A stretch of DNA of 64,000 nucleotides, taken from Felis catus (lineage: Eukaryota). The stretch's first letter is position 1, and every line of letters starts with the position of its first letter. This document shows, one piece after another, positions 24,547 through 36,259 of the stretch. The position numbers and the translations under genes were made by a program. The stretch covers positions 30,320,001 through 30,384,000 of the forward strand of contig NC_058383.1 in NCBI RefSeq assembly GCF_018350175.1, in the 5' to 3' direction. The notes under the pieces were generated by a model, which saw only the letters and a program-made list of their open reading frames with translations, was not told the origin of the DNA and ran no database searches.

Positions 24547-24768
24547 CAGGAGTTGACAAACTGTGGCACGCAGCCCAAATGTGGCTGTCCCTTGTTTTTG
24601 TCAATATAGTTTTATGGGGATGTGGCCACACCCATCTTTTACATACTGTCTATGGCTGTATTTGTGCTACCGGGAAAGAGCTGGGTAGTTGCAAGAAAGA
24701 TTGTATGATCCACAAAGCCTTAAATATTTATTGTCTAGTCTTTTACAGAAAAAGTTTGTTGACCCTTA
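24547..24768. mobile_element. MER58A-like hAT-Charlie element, full length
   Basis: caggagttgacaaact ... agtttgttgaccctta terminal inverted repeats; 8-bp TSD gtgtagat (24539-24546) / gtgtagaa (24769-24776). Confidence 0.85.
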
Positions 24769-25101
24769 GTGTAGAAGTCTCTTTGTAGACTTTCTTTCCA
24801 AATCTGTGCAGTAGGAAAATAAAAACAAGCCTCTGATACAAACTACACTGAACTGAATTATCATGATATTCTGATGAAATCACCTATGTAAAAGTACTTT
24901 CAAAAAGTACTAAAAAATGTGAGCCATACTATTATTATTTATATATTTATTATGTGGTATATAATCATTTATAAATTATATAACAATTATATTTAAAATT
25001 ATGTAAAATATGTATTATATATTTGTTATATATTAGTATTAGACAATGGGATATGATAAAGGAGAAATGATACAGGAGAAATATGATACAGAAATATGAT
25101 A

Positions 25102-25280
25102 CTTGATTTCAGCTCAGGTCATGATCTCATGGTTGGTGAGATCGAGCCCTGAGTTGAGCTCCATGTTGATAGTATGGAGCCTGTTTGGGATTCTCTCTCT
25201 CCCTCGCTCTCTCTCTCTGGCCCTCCCTGCTTGCATGCTCACTCACTCTCTCTCAAAATAAATAAACAAACTTAAAAAAA
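25102..25280 (+). mobile_element. CAN-SINE, 5'-truncated
   Basis: cttgatttcagctcaggtcatgatctc...ctctcaaaataaataaac. Confidence 0.9.
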
Positions 25281-26527
25281 GAAGCCAAAAGGCATGGAAT
25301 TGGGAATCAAGCACACCTGAGTATGAATCCAAGCCCACCCAATTATTATTCTTGTGATTTAAAGTAGTTATTAAATTCCTTGAGAGTCAGTTTTCTAACC
25401 TGAGGGTAATATTAAACTGGGGAAGAGAAATTATGCATAATGGGATAATTACACTTAATTCCTAAAGTTGCTGGGAGGGTGAAATAAGATATATTCAATC
25501 ATGTATGCATGTGCCCACCGAACATGCCGTACGGATGCTCCACTTTGTAGCTGGGACTGTGCCAATCACCAGATGTACAGCTGTGCTCAGACAGCCATGG
25601 TCCCTGCACCCTGGCACCCACAGTCTAGTTGGGATACAGACCTTGAGCCAGAAGTCCCAGCACACCGAAGTTCACTAAAGACTCTGAAGGCCATTCAAAT
25701 GAAGCAGTGACATTAGTGTGACTGCCACGAAGAACTGAGAATTTTTCAAAGGTACAAGAAATGATCTGGGTTCCCAGTTGTGAGATGCCCTTGAGGAGTG
25801 GTGGGGGATTCACAAGGCCAGAAGATCTGAACTCAGGCAAGGGAGAAGGGAAACAGAGCACTGTCTAGGCCTGAGCAAAGGATAGGACATGGGGTAAGAG
25901 ACAGAAAAGGGAGAGAAAGAGAATGTGAAAAAGTCAGGCTCAGAGGTCAGATTTTCCTCTACAGAGCATCAAGGCACCAAGGGCGAGGCGGGGGGGTCAT
26001 CACATACCCACCAGGGATGCCTCCTTCCCTTGCAGAAAGTGGCCCCCCCTAGGCTCCTCCAAAGAAGCCCATACAGCTGCAAACACCCAGCAGAGCACAA
26101 CCACACTCGTGAACGTGGTGGCAGAGGACACAGGCATGTTTTACTAAACTGGTTCCCTTTTCTTCCTGAGAAACTGGCCGCACCGTATTTACCAGTCTCC
26201 CTCGTAACAAGGTACAGCCACACAATAGTTCTGGATAATGCAACCTAAGTAGAAGTTATGTTTGCCCCTCAAGGTCTATTTAGTAAAAGCCTCTTGTCCC
26301 CCCTCTTACACTGTCCCCTGGTCTGCTAGGGGCCCACTGCAGGACTTCAGGGCCCTAAGAAAATGGCAGAGCCAGCAGAAGGTAGGGTCCTGAGGCCCTG
26401 AATGATTGCGTGGAGCAGCGCTCACTGTCATGGGAACAAGAAGTGAACACGGGTCATATTCATGCACTGGGTGTTTTAAGTTTCTGGTTTTCCTTCATAG
26501 ACCTAATTAATACATACGAGTATTTTT

Positions 26528-26697
26528 GGGGCACCTGGGTGACTCAGTTGGTTAAGTGGCCAACTTTGGCTCAGATCATGATCTCAGTTTGTGAGTGGGA
26601 GCTCCACGTCGGGCTCTGTGGTGACAGCTCGGAGCCTGGAGCCTGCTTCAGATTCTGTGTCTCCCTCTGTCTGCCCCTCCCCCATTCACACTCTGTC

Positions 26698-26744
<47 letters not shown>

Positions 26745-26772
26745 AATAAATAAATGTTAATTTTTTTTTAAA
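26528..26772 (+). mobile_element. CAN-SINE
   Basis: Typical head, CT tract and tail; degenerate TSD aata(c/t)atac(g/a)agtatttt. Confidence 0.93.
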
Positions 26773-26999
26773 AATATATACAAGTATTTTATTTTCCCTT
26801 TATACACTTACTGCCACTAGAACAGAAGCTTCATGAAGACAAGAACCCTGTCTTCTCATTTGCTCCTCTGTCTAAAACAGTCTGACATAAACAAGATGCT
26901 CAGAAACACATTTGTAGACACAACTATTGGTAGGTTGAGGACAAGATGAATGTCAATCAGTGACCGAGGGTCACTGGGAAGAGATAAAAGCTGACACAT

Positions 27000-27209
27000 G
27001 GGGCGCCTGGGTGTCTCAGTCGGTTAAGCGTCTGACATCAGCTCAGGTCATGATCTCACAGTCCATGAATTCGAGCCCTGCATTGGGCGCTGTGCAGACA
27101 GCTCGGAGCCTGGAGCCTGCTTCGGATTCTGTGTCTCGCTCTCTCTCTGCTCTTCCCCTGCTCATGCTCTGTCTCTATCTTAAAAATAAATAAAAACATT
27201 AAAAAAAAA
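27000..27209 (+). mobile_element. CAN-SINE
   Basis: TSD aaaagctgacaca at 26986-26998 and 27210-27222. Confidence 0.95.
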
Positions 27210-29294
27210 AAAAGCTGACACACAACACGGCTCTTCTATGAACAGTAAAGTTCTGTGAAGATATTTACTTTTTCCGTCACTGCAGAAGTGGGTTTGGGGT
27301 CACACAGGCACAGAGTAGGCATACAGGCATGGACACAGTGAGTTCTGACAGCACTGTGGTGTAGACACAAGTACACAGCCAGGGTACAGCTCAATTCCTA
27401 GAGCACGATGGGAACCGGAAATATTACATACTAAACGGAAAAGCAACTTCTTGCTGTCCACGTGGGGCCCATGTCTGTCTCCTGGTGGGTCACAAGCGAA
27501 GCTCACAGATTCATGCACTGAGCTTAGGCTCTGGGCCCAGATAATGTGGGAATGAATGAGAATGCTAACACACCACTATCGAGTTCTTTGTAGCCACCTG
27601 GCACTGTGATAAGACTGTTATATATGTCCCATGGTGCTGAATTTGCTTCTCGACCCTACATGGTAGGTGTTACTGCTATTTTCATTTTACGAATTCAGCA
27701 TATCCAGCCTTAGAGAGGTGAAGGAGAGGTCTCAGAGCTACCCAGCCAGAGGGCCTTCCCAGATGCTGATCTGAGGCACAAGCCTTCACCCCTCCACTAG
27801 TCTGTCTTCATCTGTAAGATGGGATCAATAATGCACACCTAACAAGTCTGTTCAGGGGATAAAAGTATATCAGACAAGGCATGCAGAATTCCCTGCCGAT
27901 CACCTGGCACTGAGAAGGAGCTGGGAAATATGCCACCTTCTTCCCCTTCTCTTCCCTTCATTCGCCCAGGAGAGACACTATGTCCTAGGCAAGGGTCTGA
28001 GCTCCCAACACCAGCAGCAAGCAGAGGCTGTGTCCCCAAATGACTCTGCCACCAGGGCCAGGCAGCGTGCATCAAACCCTTCATAGTATTTAAACTCCGT
28101 CTGGGCACCTAATTATCTTAATGATGCAGAATTCAAAATAGCACAGTCTGTGAGCACCCCAGGAAAGGTCCTGATCGCAGACATGGGCCTATTAAACCAG
28201 AGAAAAGAGTCTAATAAAAGAATGTAACAATTGGAGTACTTAGAAGGGGAAAGGCTGACAGGTCACCATGGGAAGCTGGGCCCTCCCTGAGATTCCCTCC
28301 TCCGGTCCGAGCTTCTTGGAATAGGTCCACCTCCTCGCTTGGGTCTCCATGCTTCAGGGGCCATGACTCTTTTATCGTGACTATGTGACTTCATTCTCAC
28401 AATCGTGCGAGGTAGACATGGCTAAGCCTGTTTCACAGACAAGAGGACTGAGCCCTAGAGAAAGGTGGGTCTTCTGGAATAAAGTTCCTAAGCTCACCCT
28501 GCAGCCTGGTGTCCTGGGAAACCAGTCACATAGACAGCTTGAGTTCGTGACTTGCAAGAGAGCCAAAGAGAAACCCTTCAAGAGTTGGCCTGTGGACCAA
28601 CTCTTTCCCCTTCGTCCCCTTTTCCTTTCTTTCCCCTTCGTCTCTTCCTTCATCCTCCTTCCCTTCCTACTTAAATTCCTTTTCTTATTTTCTCCCTCCA
28701 TTCTCTCCTTTGTTTTCTCTCTTTCCTTTCCTCCTTACTTTGATTGTCTCCCTCTCTCCTTCCCTCCTTCCTTTCCCTCAATTTCTCTCTACATCCCTCC
28801 TTTCCTCCCTCCCTCATGCACCCTCAGGCTCTCACAGTATTTACTACCTACTCTTTGCCTGGCCTTACGCAACACGTTGGGAACACTCAGATCCATTAGA
28901 CATATCTGTCTTCTCAAGGAATTCACATTCAGGTGGGGAGAGCAAAACAGACCCCACAGTAGTGAGGTTAAGTTTTACGATAGGGAAACCAGAGTTGGCT
29001 GTGAGTGTGGATGAGGGCCCCAGGGAAGGCTTTCACTTCCAGGCAGCCTCTTCTTCACTGTCTAAACTTCTGTCCAAGCTCAAGATGTCACCATCCACCC
29101 ACATCGGGCTGCGAACACTTTGTCAGCCTCTGCCAATCATGGAGTTCTCAACCTGTGCCATAAGACACCTAAGGACTTGCCACTAGCTAGGATATGTCAT
29201 TGAAGTGGACCCTTCCTCACGTCCTGTCAATTTTGAAGAGGGCCCACCATTGCTGTGGTAGCCAAAGAAGGTAGTCTACTGCCTACCTATTCTT

Positions 29295-29327
29295 AAAAAA
29301 AAAAAAATTTTTTATGTTTTATTTAAT

Positions 29328-29382
<55 letters not shown>

Positions 29383-29548
29383 TGCGAGCGGGGGAAAGGC
29401 AGAGAGAGAGGGAGACACGGAATCTAAAGCAGGCTCTAGGCTCTGAGCTGACGTCACAGAGCCCGACACGGGGCTCAAATTCACGATCTGCGAGATCATG
29501 ACCCGAGCCGAAGTCGACGCTTAACCGACTGAGCCATCCAGGCACCCC
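29295..29548 (-). mobile_element. CAN-SINE with long (GA)n
   Basis: Antisense head ...gagccatccaggcacccc; TSD cctacc(t/c)attctt. Confidence 0.93.
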
Positions 29549-29696
29549 GACTCCTACCCATTCTTTATGCCAGGTAAGGATCAACAAGACTGGTAATATT
29601 AGTTATGAACCAGCGGACGTCCAACACTAACCTCAGAGCTGATCAGTGCTCAGGACTGAGGACAGATTAATGAACAATAAACACATAAATATTTCT

Positions 29697-30044
29697 TTTG
29701 TTCCAGGTAATACTGAGAAATAATTGGCATGCACCACTGTGTGTCAGACGTATAGCATAGTGGTTTGATTTATGCAGACTGTGAAATGATCACAATAGGT
29801 TCAGATACCATCCATCATCTCATACAGATACAGTAAAAAGAAAGGAAAAATTTCTTCTTGTGATGAGAATTCTTAAGATCCACTCTCTTAACTTTCCTAT
29901 ATGTCACATACCAGCACTAACTACCGTCACCATGTTGTACATTGCATCCCCAGAACTTAAAACTAGAAGTTTGTAGCTTTTGGCCACTTTCACCAATTCA
30001 CCCTCCTCTCACCCTCTGCCTCTGGTAACCACAAATCTGATCTC
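29697..30044 (-). mobile_element. L1 3'UTR end (L1MA9/L1_Carn-like)
   Basis: tgtgaaatgatcacaata...tcttgtgatgagaattcttaagatc...catgttgtacattgcatccccagaactt...tctggtaaccacaaatctgatctc. Confidence 0.8.
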
Positions 30045-30920
30045 CTGAAGAAAGAATCAGTGACCTGGAGGACAGAACATTAGAACTTATCCAGCTCTTT
30101 CCACCACCTTGGAACCTGGGGAGGCCTGCTGGGAACAGGACTCCTAAAACAACAGATATGTCTAGAAGGCTGTGGTCCAAAGTCATTTTTGCTGGTTAAA
30201 GTGGGGTCTCTGGAAACAGAGAGAGTGCATGGCTCTTCTTAAAACTGAAGGTGTTTATGCTCGAGATGAAACTAAATTCTATCTAGGCAAGAGATGTGCT
30301 TATGTATACAAAGCAAAGAACAACACAGTGACTCCTGGTGGCAAACTGAACAAAACCAGAGGGATCTTGGGAAAAGTAATTCGTGCTCATGGACACAGTG
30401 GCATATGGCTTGTGCCAAATTCCAAAACAACCTTCCCGCCAAAGCCATGGGCCACAGAATCCGTGTAATGCTGTACCCCCTCGAGGACTTAAAACTTACT
30501 GAAAGGTAAATAAATAAAGGTGCAGATTTAAAAAAAAAAAAAGAAGAGGAAGAAATTGTCCAGTGAAAGGAGAAAAAAGAAAAAAGATCAAAATATACTG
30601 AAGAAAACCTAGCAGACATGGGAGACAATGTAAAAAAAAAAAAAACCCCACAATATTCACATTATGAGAATTCTAGAAGGAAAAAAGAAAGAGAAAGGGA
30701 CAAAGTATATTTAGAACAATAATGGCTGAAAAGGCCCTGAACCTAGGAAGAGAAATGGACATCTAAATCCATGAGGCTTGAAGGATCCCAAGTGGGCTGA
30801 ACTCAATTAGGGCCATACCCAACACATTCTAAGTAAACTGGCAAAAGTCAAAGCAGCAAGAGAAAAGAGAGGGGTTACATACAAGGAAACACCCATGAGA
30901 CTCTTGGCAGGTTGCTCAAC
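30045..30920 (+). mobile_element. L1 ORF1 fragment, split by the RPL35A pseudogene
   Basis: EERISDLEDRTLELIQ before the insertion; after it NIHIMRILEG, IMAE...NLGREMDI and KAAREKRGVTYKETPMRL, typical of L1 ORF1p. Confidence 0.85.
30095..30550 (+). pseudogene. RPL35A: Processed pseudogene of 60S ribosomal protein L35a
   Basis: 5'TOP ctctttcc at 30095; ATG 30158 [73 protein letters not shown]; frameshifts near 30198, 30403 and 30480; stop 30490-30492; AATAAA 30509 and 30513; polyA; TSD agaacttatccag / agaaattgtccag; no introns. Confidence 0.96.
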
Positions 30921-31321
30921 ATGAATACTTCCTGAGCAGCATTCCTGCCCCGAACTGGGTGGTTCTGGAACCAGCAAGTGACTCATGTGGAGGTATTATT
31001 CTTGCATAGATGGATGAGGTAGCATATTTGGAGTCAAGCAGATTTTGGTTCCTAATTGTGAGGTCCTGGATGACAAATCTCAACTTTACGAGGCTCAGCG
31101 TCTCATTTTTATAATGTGGATAATAATCTATGTCACAGGGCTGCTGATCAAAACAGAGCACAGTGTCTTTCTCTACCATAAAAGGGCAGCATGGCAAATG
31201 ATACTTATTTCTAAATATTACAACTATAATTCATCCTAATGGTTCTGTGAGATCCCTTCATTTATCAGGCAAAAAGGGAGACTTAAAGGTGAAGCCAACT
31301 ATCTTAAGATACACCCCTACT

Positions 31322-31534
31322 GGGGCGCCTGGGTGGCGCAGTCGGTTAAGCGTCCGACTTCAGCCAGGTCACGATCTCGCGGTCCGTGAGTTCGAGCCCC
31401 GCGTCAGGCTCTGGGCTGATGGCTCGGAGCCTGGAGCCTGTTTCCGATTCTGCGTCTCCCTCTGCCCCTCCCCCGTTCATGCTCTGTCTCTCTCTGTCCC
31501 AAAAATAAAAATTAAAAAAACGTTGAAAAAAAAA
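31322..31534 (+). mobile_element. CAN-SINE, young SINEC_Fc type
   Basis: CpG-rich body; perfect 16-bp TSD aagatacacccctact (31306-31321, 31535-31550). Confidence 0.96.
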
Positions 31535-33345
31535 AAGATACACCCCTACTAAAAGAGAGATGGGATTTGAGATACAATCCTTCCATCCAGCATATCCCAT
31601 CGGGGAAGTTGCGGTCAGGAAATCAATGGTGAATTCATATCTCAAGTAGGTCCAGATTGTGGTGGACGCCAATGGATTTACAGTTTTATTCACCTGTCTG
31701 GAGCTGGGAGAATACAAGATGTGCCAACCCTTCTTGTCCCAGCATCCCCTGGAAAGTTACCAAGCAAACTGCAAATAGTGCAAGGCTCCAAATGCTTCAT
31801 GCTCCAACAGATCCAATCTTTCTTGGGCTTGGGGAACTGACACTATCTCTCTCCCCCTCCCCACCCCAGCTAATAACTTCGGTCATGTGGCCACTGCTCT
31901 CCGAAGCCTTTCTTTCCTCTCAGCTTGAGAAAGCTCCAATTTGGTGATTGTTCATTATCCCCCCATTTAGACAATTTTCAGCGCACAGTGGAACCTTTAA
32001 ACAGTGTGAACAATGTTGTCAATCTTTCTGCATGCTGCCTCTACCAGGCATTAAGAGGTAAATTGACTGCGCAGCGGGGAGGGGAATTAGGAACACAGTT
32101 TCCATTAATAGTAATAGGGTAAGCCAAGTGGGCCCTGAAGTTTGGTCATGGAAAGGGGCAGGCATTAGAGACACCTGTATACCAAGGGCTGGACTGAGTC
32201 TGAGTCAGGATTCGGTGCTCCCCGATGAGGCCCTTCCTCACCAAGGAGAGAATCCCTAGATGCAGGGTACAAGACGGTGGGTGGAGAGGAAGGGAACGAT
32301 CCATACACAGAGCACCTGCTGTATGCAAAGCACTTTAATGATGTTATGTCACGTCATTCTCAGAATAACACCGAGCATCAGGAGCAGTACTCACACACTC
32401 TGGATGAGAACATAGAGGTAAAAGCCCGGTAACACAGCTCATGAGTGGTGGTGCCAGGATTTGAAATGTGACCTGCCCAGCTCCAAAAGTCCCACTGATA
32501 GTAGCCACTTTACTGGAAGAGGCCCTTGCTTTCTGGATTCTTCCAAAAGTCTCTCTTTTGCCCAGACTGGGCTGCCTCCCTTCAGGGCAGTTGGAGAGTT
32601 GTCAAGTTCACGATCTCTCGTTATAACACAAAATCAGGCCTTTTTTGCCCATTTTCACTGGATTTCGTTTCTGCCAGCTGTGCTCACCATTCACCTCATA
32701 CCTCTGTTGTCACGATGGTACAATCCAGCCACCCTTATTTACGCCTTTCCTGTATGACTCAGAAGGGTCACCTCTCTGCTCCAGGAGTAGCAACAGAGAC
32801 ATAGCAAACAGGCCACTGATTCCTTATCCCACGTGCATAAGGAGCCCCATCGGTCAACTTCCCACCAAGCACCACTACCAAACAGATCAGATGAGACGCT
32901 CAAGATTGACTCTGGTTGCCAGCCATGAGCGGGGCCACACACAGCTCCCAAGTGAACGAGGGCATGTATGCTTTTGAGTAACAAGATCTCCCCTTTCCTG
33001 CCCCACTTCTCAAGGGCACAAAACCGAACCAACTACATGCTAACGCGCATTTACTCTCACACCTCTTTGCTTTTTCGATCCCCACACACCCTCCCAAAGG
33101 GTTAAAACCCAGACGGGTAGTCTAGCTCCCAAACCCTAGTCCTATCCCTTTTGTTTGAATTACAGGACCTTAGGCGAGCTGGCTTCTCCGTCTATAAAGC
33201 AGGAATGCTAATTTCACCCCCGCAGCATTGTGTGAAGATCCAAAGAGAAAACACCCAGGCAGCACCAAACACAATACCTGGAAAATGGACAGTCCATCAA
33301 AGCTGAACTGAGAAAACACTCAAACACCGTAGGGGCATCTCTTTC

Positions 33346-33372
33346 TCCACCACCACCACCACCACCACCACC
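33346..33372. repeat. (CCA)n microsatellite
   Basis: Directly visible. Confidence 0.9.
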
Positions 33373-33930
33373 GCTTGGCTGGTTTCCTATAGGACAGAGG
33401 TTTTACAGTTCTGCTCCCTCCAGCATTTAGGAAGGACAGGACTGTCAAGTGAATCTGAGGATAACTGCTTGCCACAGGCAGAAACAGTTGCTGGTGGCCT
33501 GGCAAGAAATGGCCACATCTTAAAGGGACAGTGGAAGACCCTTGGAGGAAAATTCTGCAGTGGCCGGTCACCGCCTACAGCTGTACTGTACGCGGAGGCC
33601 AGACCTCCTTCTCTCAAAACCAGGGTCAGCCCCAGCGTATGTCTTTCTATCTTCTTCTTCAACAACAACAAAAGCACTGAGCCCCTACTATGAGCATGGC
33701 GCATGCACGCTCCATCGACCACCACTCTGTGCCTTTCTCCGAGGAGCCATCTGCTGAAAAGAGGACCGTGACATCTGACATGGATGGAGAGCTTCCAGTG
33801 TGCTGGGCACTGTGGTATTTTATGTGGACCATCTCACTCAGTCCTCAGAGGATCCCATGAAATAGGGCGTTCGCTGTCATCGCTCTACCAAAGAGAAGGA
33901 TGCCAGATATGCCTGTTATATAGACCCGTC

Positions 33931-33933
<3 letters not shown>

Positions 33934-33961
<28 letters not shown>
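33934..33961. repeat. (TG)n microsatellite
   Basis: Directly visible. Confidence 0.9.
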
Positions 33962-34781
33962 CACGCATGCACAATTTAGTGATAATGCTCCTTTTAACAC
34001 TTCTGAACAGAAGTGGACAAAAATGTTAAAAGGATTTCATGTGCTTTAGCGAAGTGCCTTGTCATATAGGTATTCAAGACACAGATAAACAGTGTCAACC
34101 CCTCCCCTCCCTAACAGCATTATGTGATCAACCCTGTCCTCTGTACCCTCTTCTTCCAACAAGGCTGCCTTGCCACAGCTCGGGGCACCCTTGACGGTTC
34201 TGTTCTCCTCTTTTGCTATTCTCTTCCAGGGCTATTTCTCTCCCAGCATTTTCCTCTCTCATAAATATTTGCAGAAAGTCAGGCTGCTCTGTCTCATTGT
34301 GTTTTCACGCCTTGTTTTGCCACCTTCTTACCAGAGCTGATTTGACATAAATATTTATGTGTAAAAATATGTTCTCCAGTCCTCGGGGTTCTCCGCCCTA
34401 TATACCACCGCGGGGAAATCAGGGCACGGCTAACACAACAACGCCCTGTAGCCTGGAGCAGGCCCAGGCCACCAACTCTATCCTGGGCTGTGGGGAGGAG
34501 ATGTTTGATGTGTGACCCTTCTGTGAAAAGGTCCCCTGGTCACATGACCTCAGGTAATAGGTCAAAGGGCTCCAAAGCTCTGGAGTGGAATTTATCAGCT
34601 CTCACTGCTTTACTTATAGTGGGAGCTCCCTCAGCAGTGGGAGTAACTCTGCAACCCAACTCGTGTGGCCAAAGCTAAGAAATACTATAGACATATCTAG
34701 TTACAACCTTCCTTCCTTTGATTCGTCCTCAGGGCTGCACTACCTGTCTCTCCTGTAGCCAACTACCATCATGCCATTTTT

Positions 34782-34998
34782 TTTTAAATTTTTTTTTTTA
34801 ACGTTTATTTATTTTTGAGACAGAGACAGAGCATGAACGGGGGAGGGTCAGAGACAGAGGGAGATACCGAATCGGAAACAGGCTCCAGGCTCTGAGCCAT
34901 CAGCCCAGAGCCCGACGCGGGGCTCGAACTCACGGACCGCAAGATCGTGACCTGAGCCGAAGTCGGACGCTTAACCGACTGTGCCACCCAGGCGCCCC
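34782..34998 (-). mobile_element. CAN-SINE, young
   Basis: Antisense, CpGs intact; TSD catcatgccattttt. Confidence 0.95.
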
Positions 34999-36009
34999 CA
35001 TCATGCCATTTTTATGGCCATGCCAGCTGCCATCACCCATTCCCACCGGACGTCTAGGAGGACACTGTCTTCAGATCACATTCTCATCCCCCTTGGAGTG
35101 CACTCAGCTCTTTCTGAGATCACCCATCATCCTTCTTCCAAAAAATGTACCTCCTAACTACTGACCGCATATGGGCTTGCACAGTAGCTTAGATCTCATG
35201 CAATCTACAATAGCGACAGCGGCAACAACAAAATATCAGCCCCCTTTTAATAGTCAGTACCTACCCGATAGAAGCAGGTGGCCAAAAACTCAGTGTTTGC
35301 CTGAGCTAAGCCTAAGCCCCACACTAGAGTCGTCTAGGGCTCTGGTCGGGGGAAAGCTGATTTGGGTGTAGCCCAGTTCACCCCAGACCCTACTAGGTCA
35401 CTTCTCCTAAAGGTAACAACACAGGGAGAGACTTCTGTCCACACCTTTCAGGAGACTGTGAAGAGAGGCAGCTTAATAAGAATTAATTTAATTAGTTGTA
35501 ATTAATGATGATTATTAACAACCCATTGATAATTGTTACTTGATTATGTAACTATTTAATAATAGGAAACATAATAATTATTATTAATGGCCAATAAACG
35601 TGCCTGTTACATCAGTAAGTGGATATAGGATATAAACAATCTGTTAGTAGAAAACGCCTCTCGGACCGGGTCAGAAAATAGAAACTTAACCCTTACTTGT
35701 ATGCCACGACAAAATGGCATGGTGAATTATTAACAAGTATACTGTCATCAGAATCAGAAAACCTGGGTTCGAAAATCAATGGTACCAGTGGAGGCCAGGT
35801 GACCTTGGGCAAGGCAGCTCTTCTCTGAAAGCTTCTGGCTTCCCAGCTGCAAATGGGGAACCCGCCATCCCCAAGAGAGGCCCACATGTGGTAAGAAATG
35901 GGCAAACAGTGCTGGAGCCTTCGGAACACTGAGGTCTTGCTGTCCCAAGTGCGGGTGGCAGAGCAGCAGGCCATGAAGACACAGCTGAGGGAAGCTGGAC
36001 TCTGTTCTG

Positions 36010-36200
36010 GAAAGCTGCGGCTAGAACCTGGTATTCTCGCTCACCGGCTGTTCGGCCCTGGGAAGTCACTGAATTTCTCCCTCTCTCAATGTCCTTATCT
36101 GTAAACTACGAATGGTACTGGTACGTCTGTCGTATCTGCCTCATAGAGTTGCTATGAGGATTAGAGATAACATAAAACCTGTCATAAATGATAAAGTTGC
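36010..36200 (+). mobile_element. MIR SINE
   Basis: ccctgggaagtcactgaatttctc...cttatctgtaaa...cctcatagagttgctatgaggatta. Confidence 0.7.
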
Positions 36201-36259
36201 TACAACTGCAGATACAGCCGAGATTAGGAAAATGAGAGAATGCTATTTAAAATTTTCAC

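Noticed and set aside
28385..29186. 209-aa and 158-aa ORFs
   Set aside because: They span a MIR, a CT-rich low-complexity tract and an L2-like relic; no recognisable protein.
30172..30509. ORFs with RPL35A peptides as a functional gene
   Set aside because: Stop after codon 13, three frameshifts, no introns, polyA and TSD show a pseudogene.
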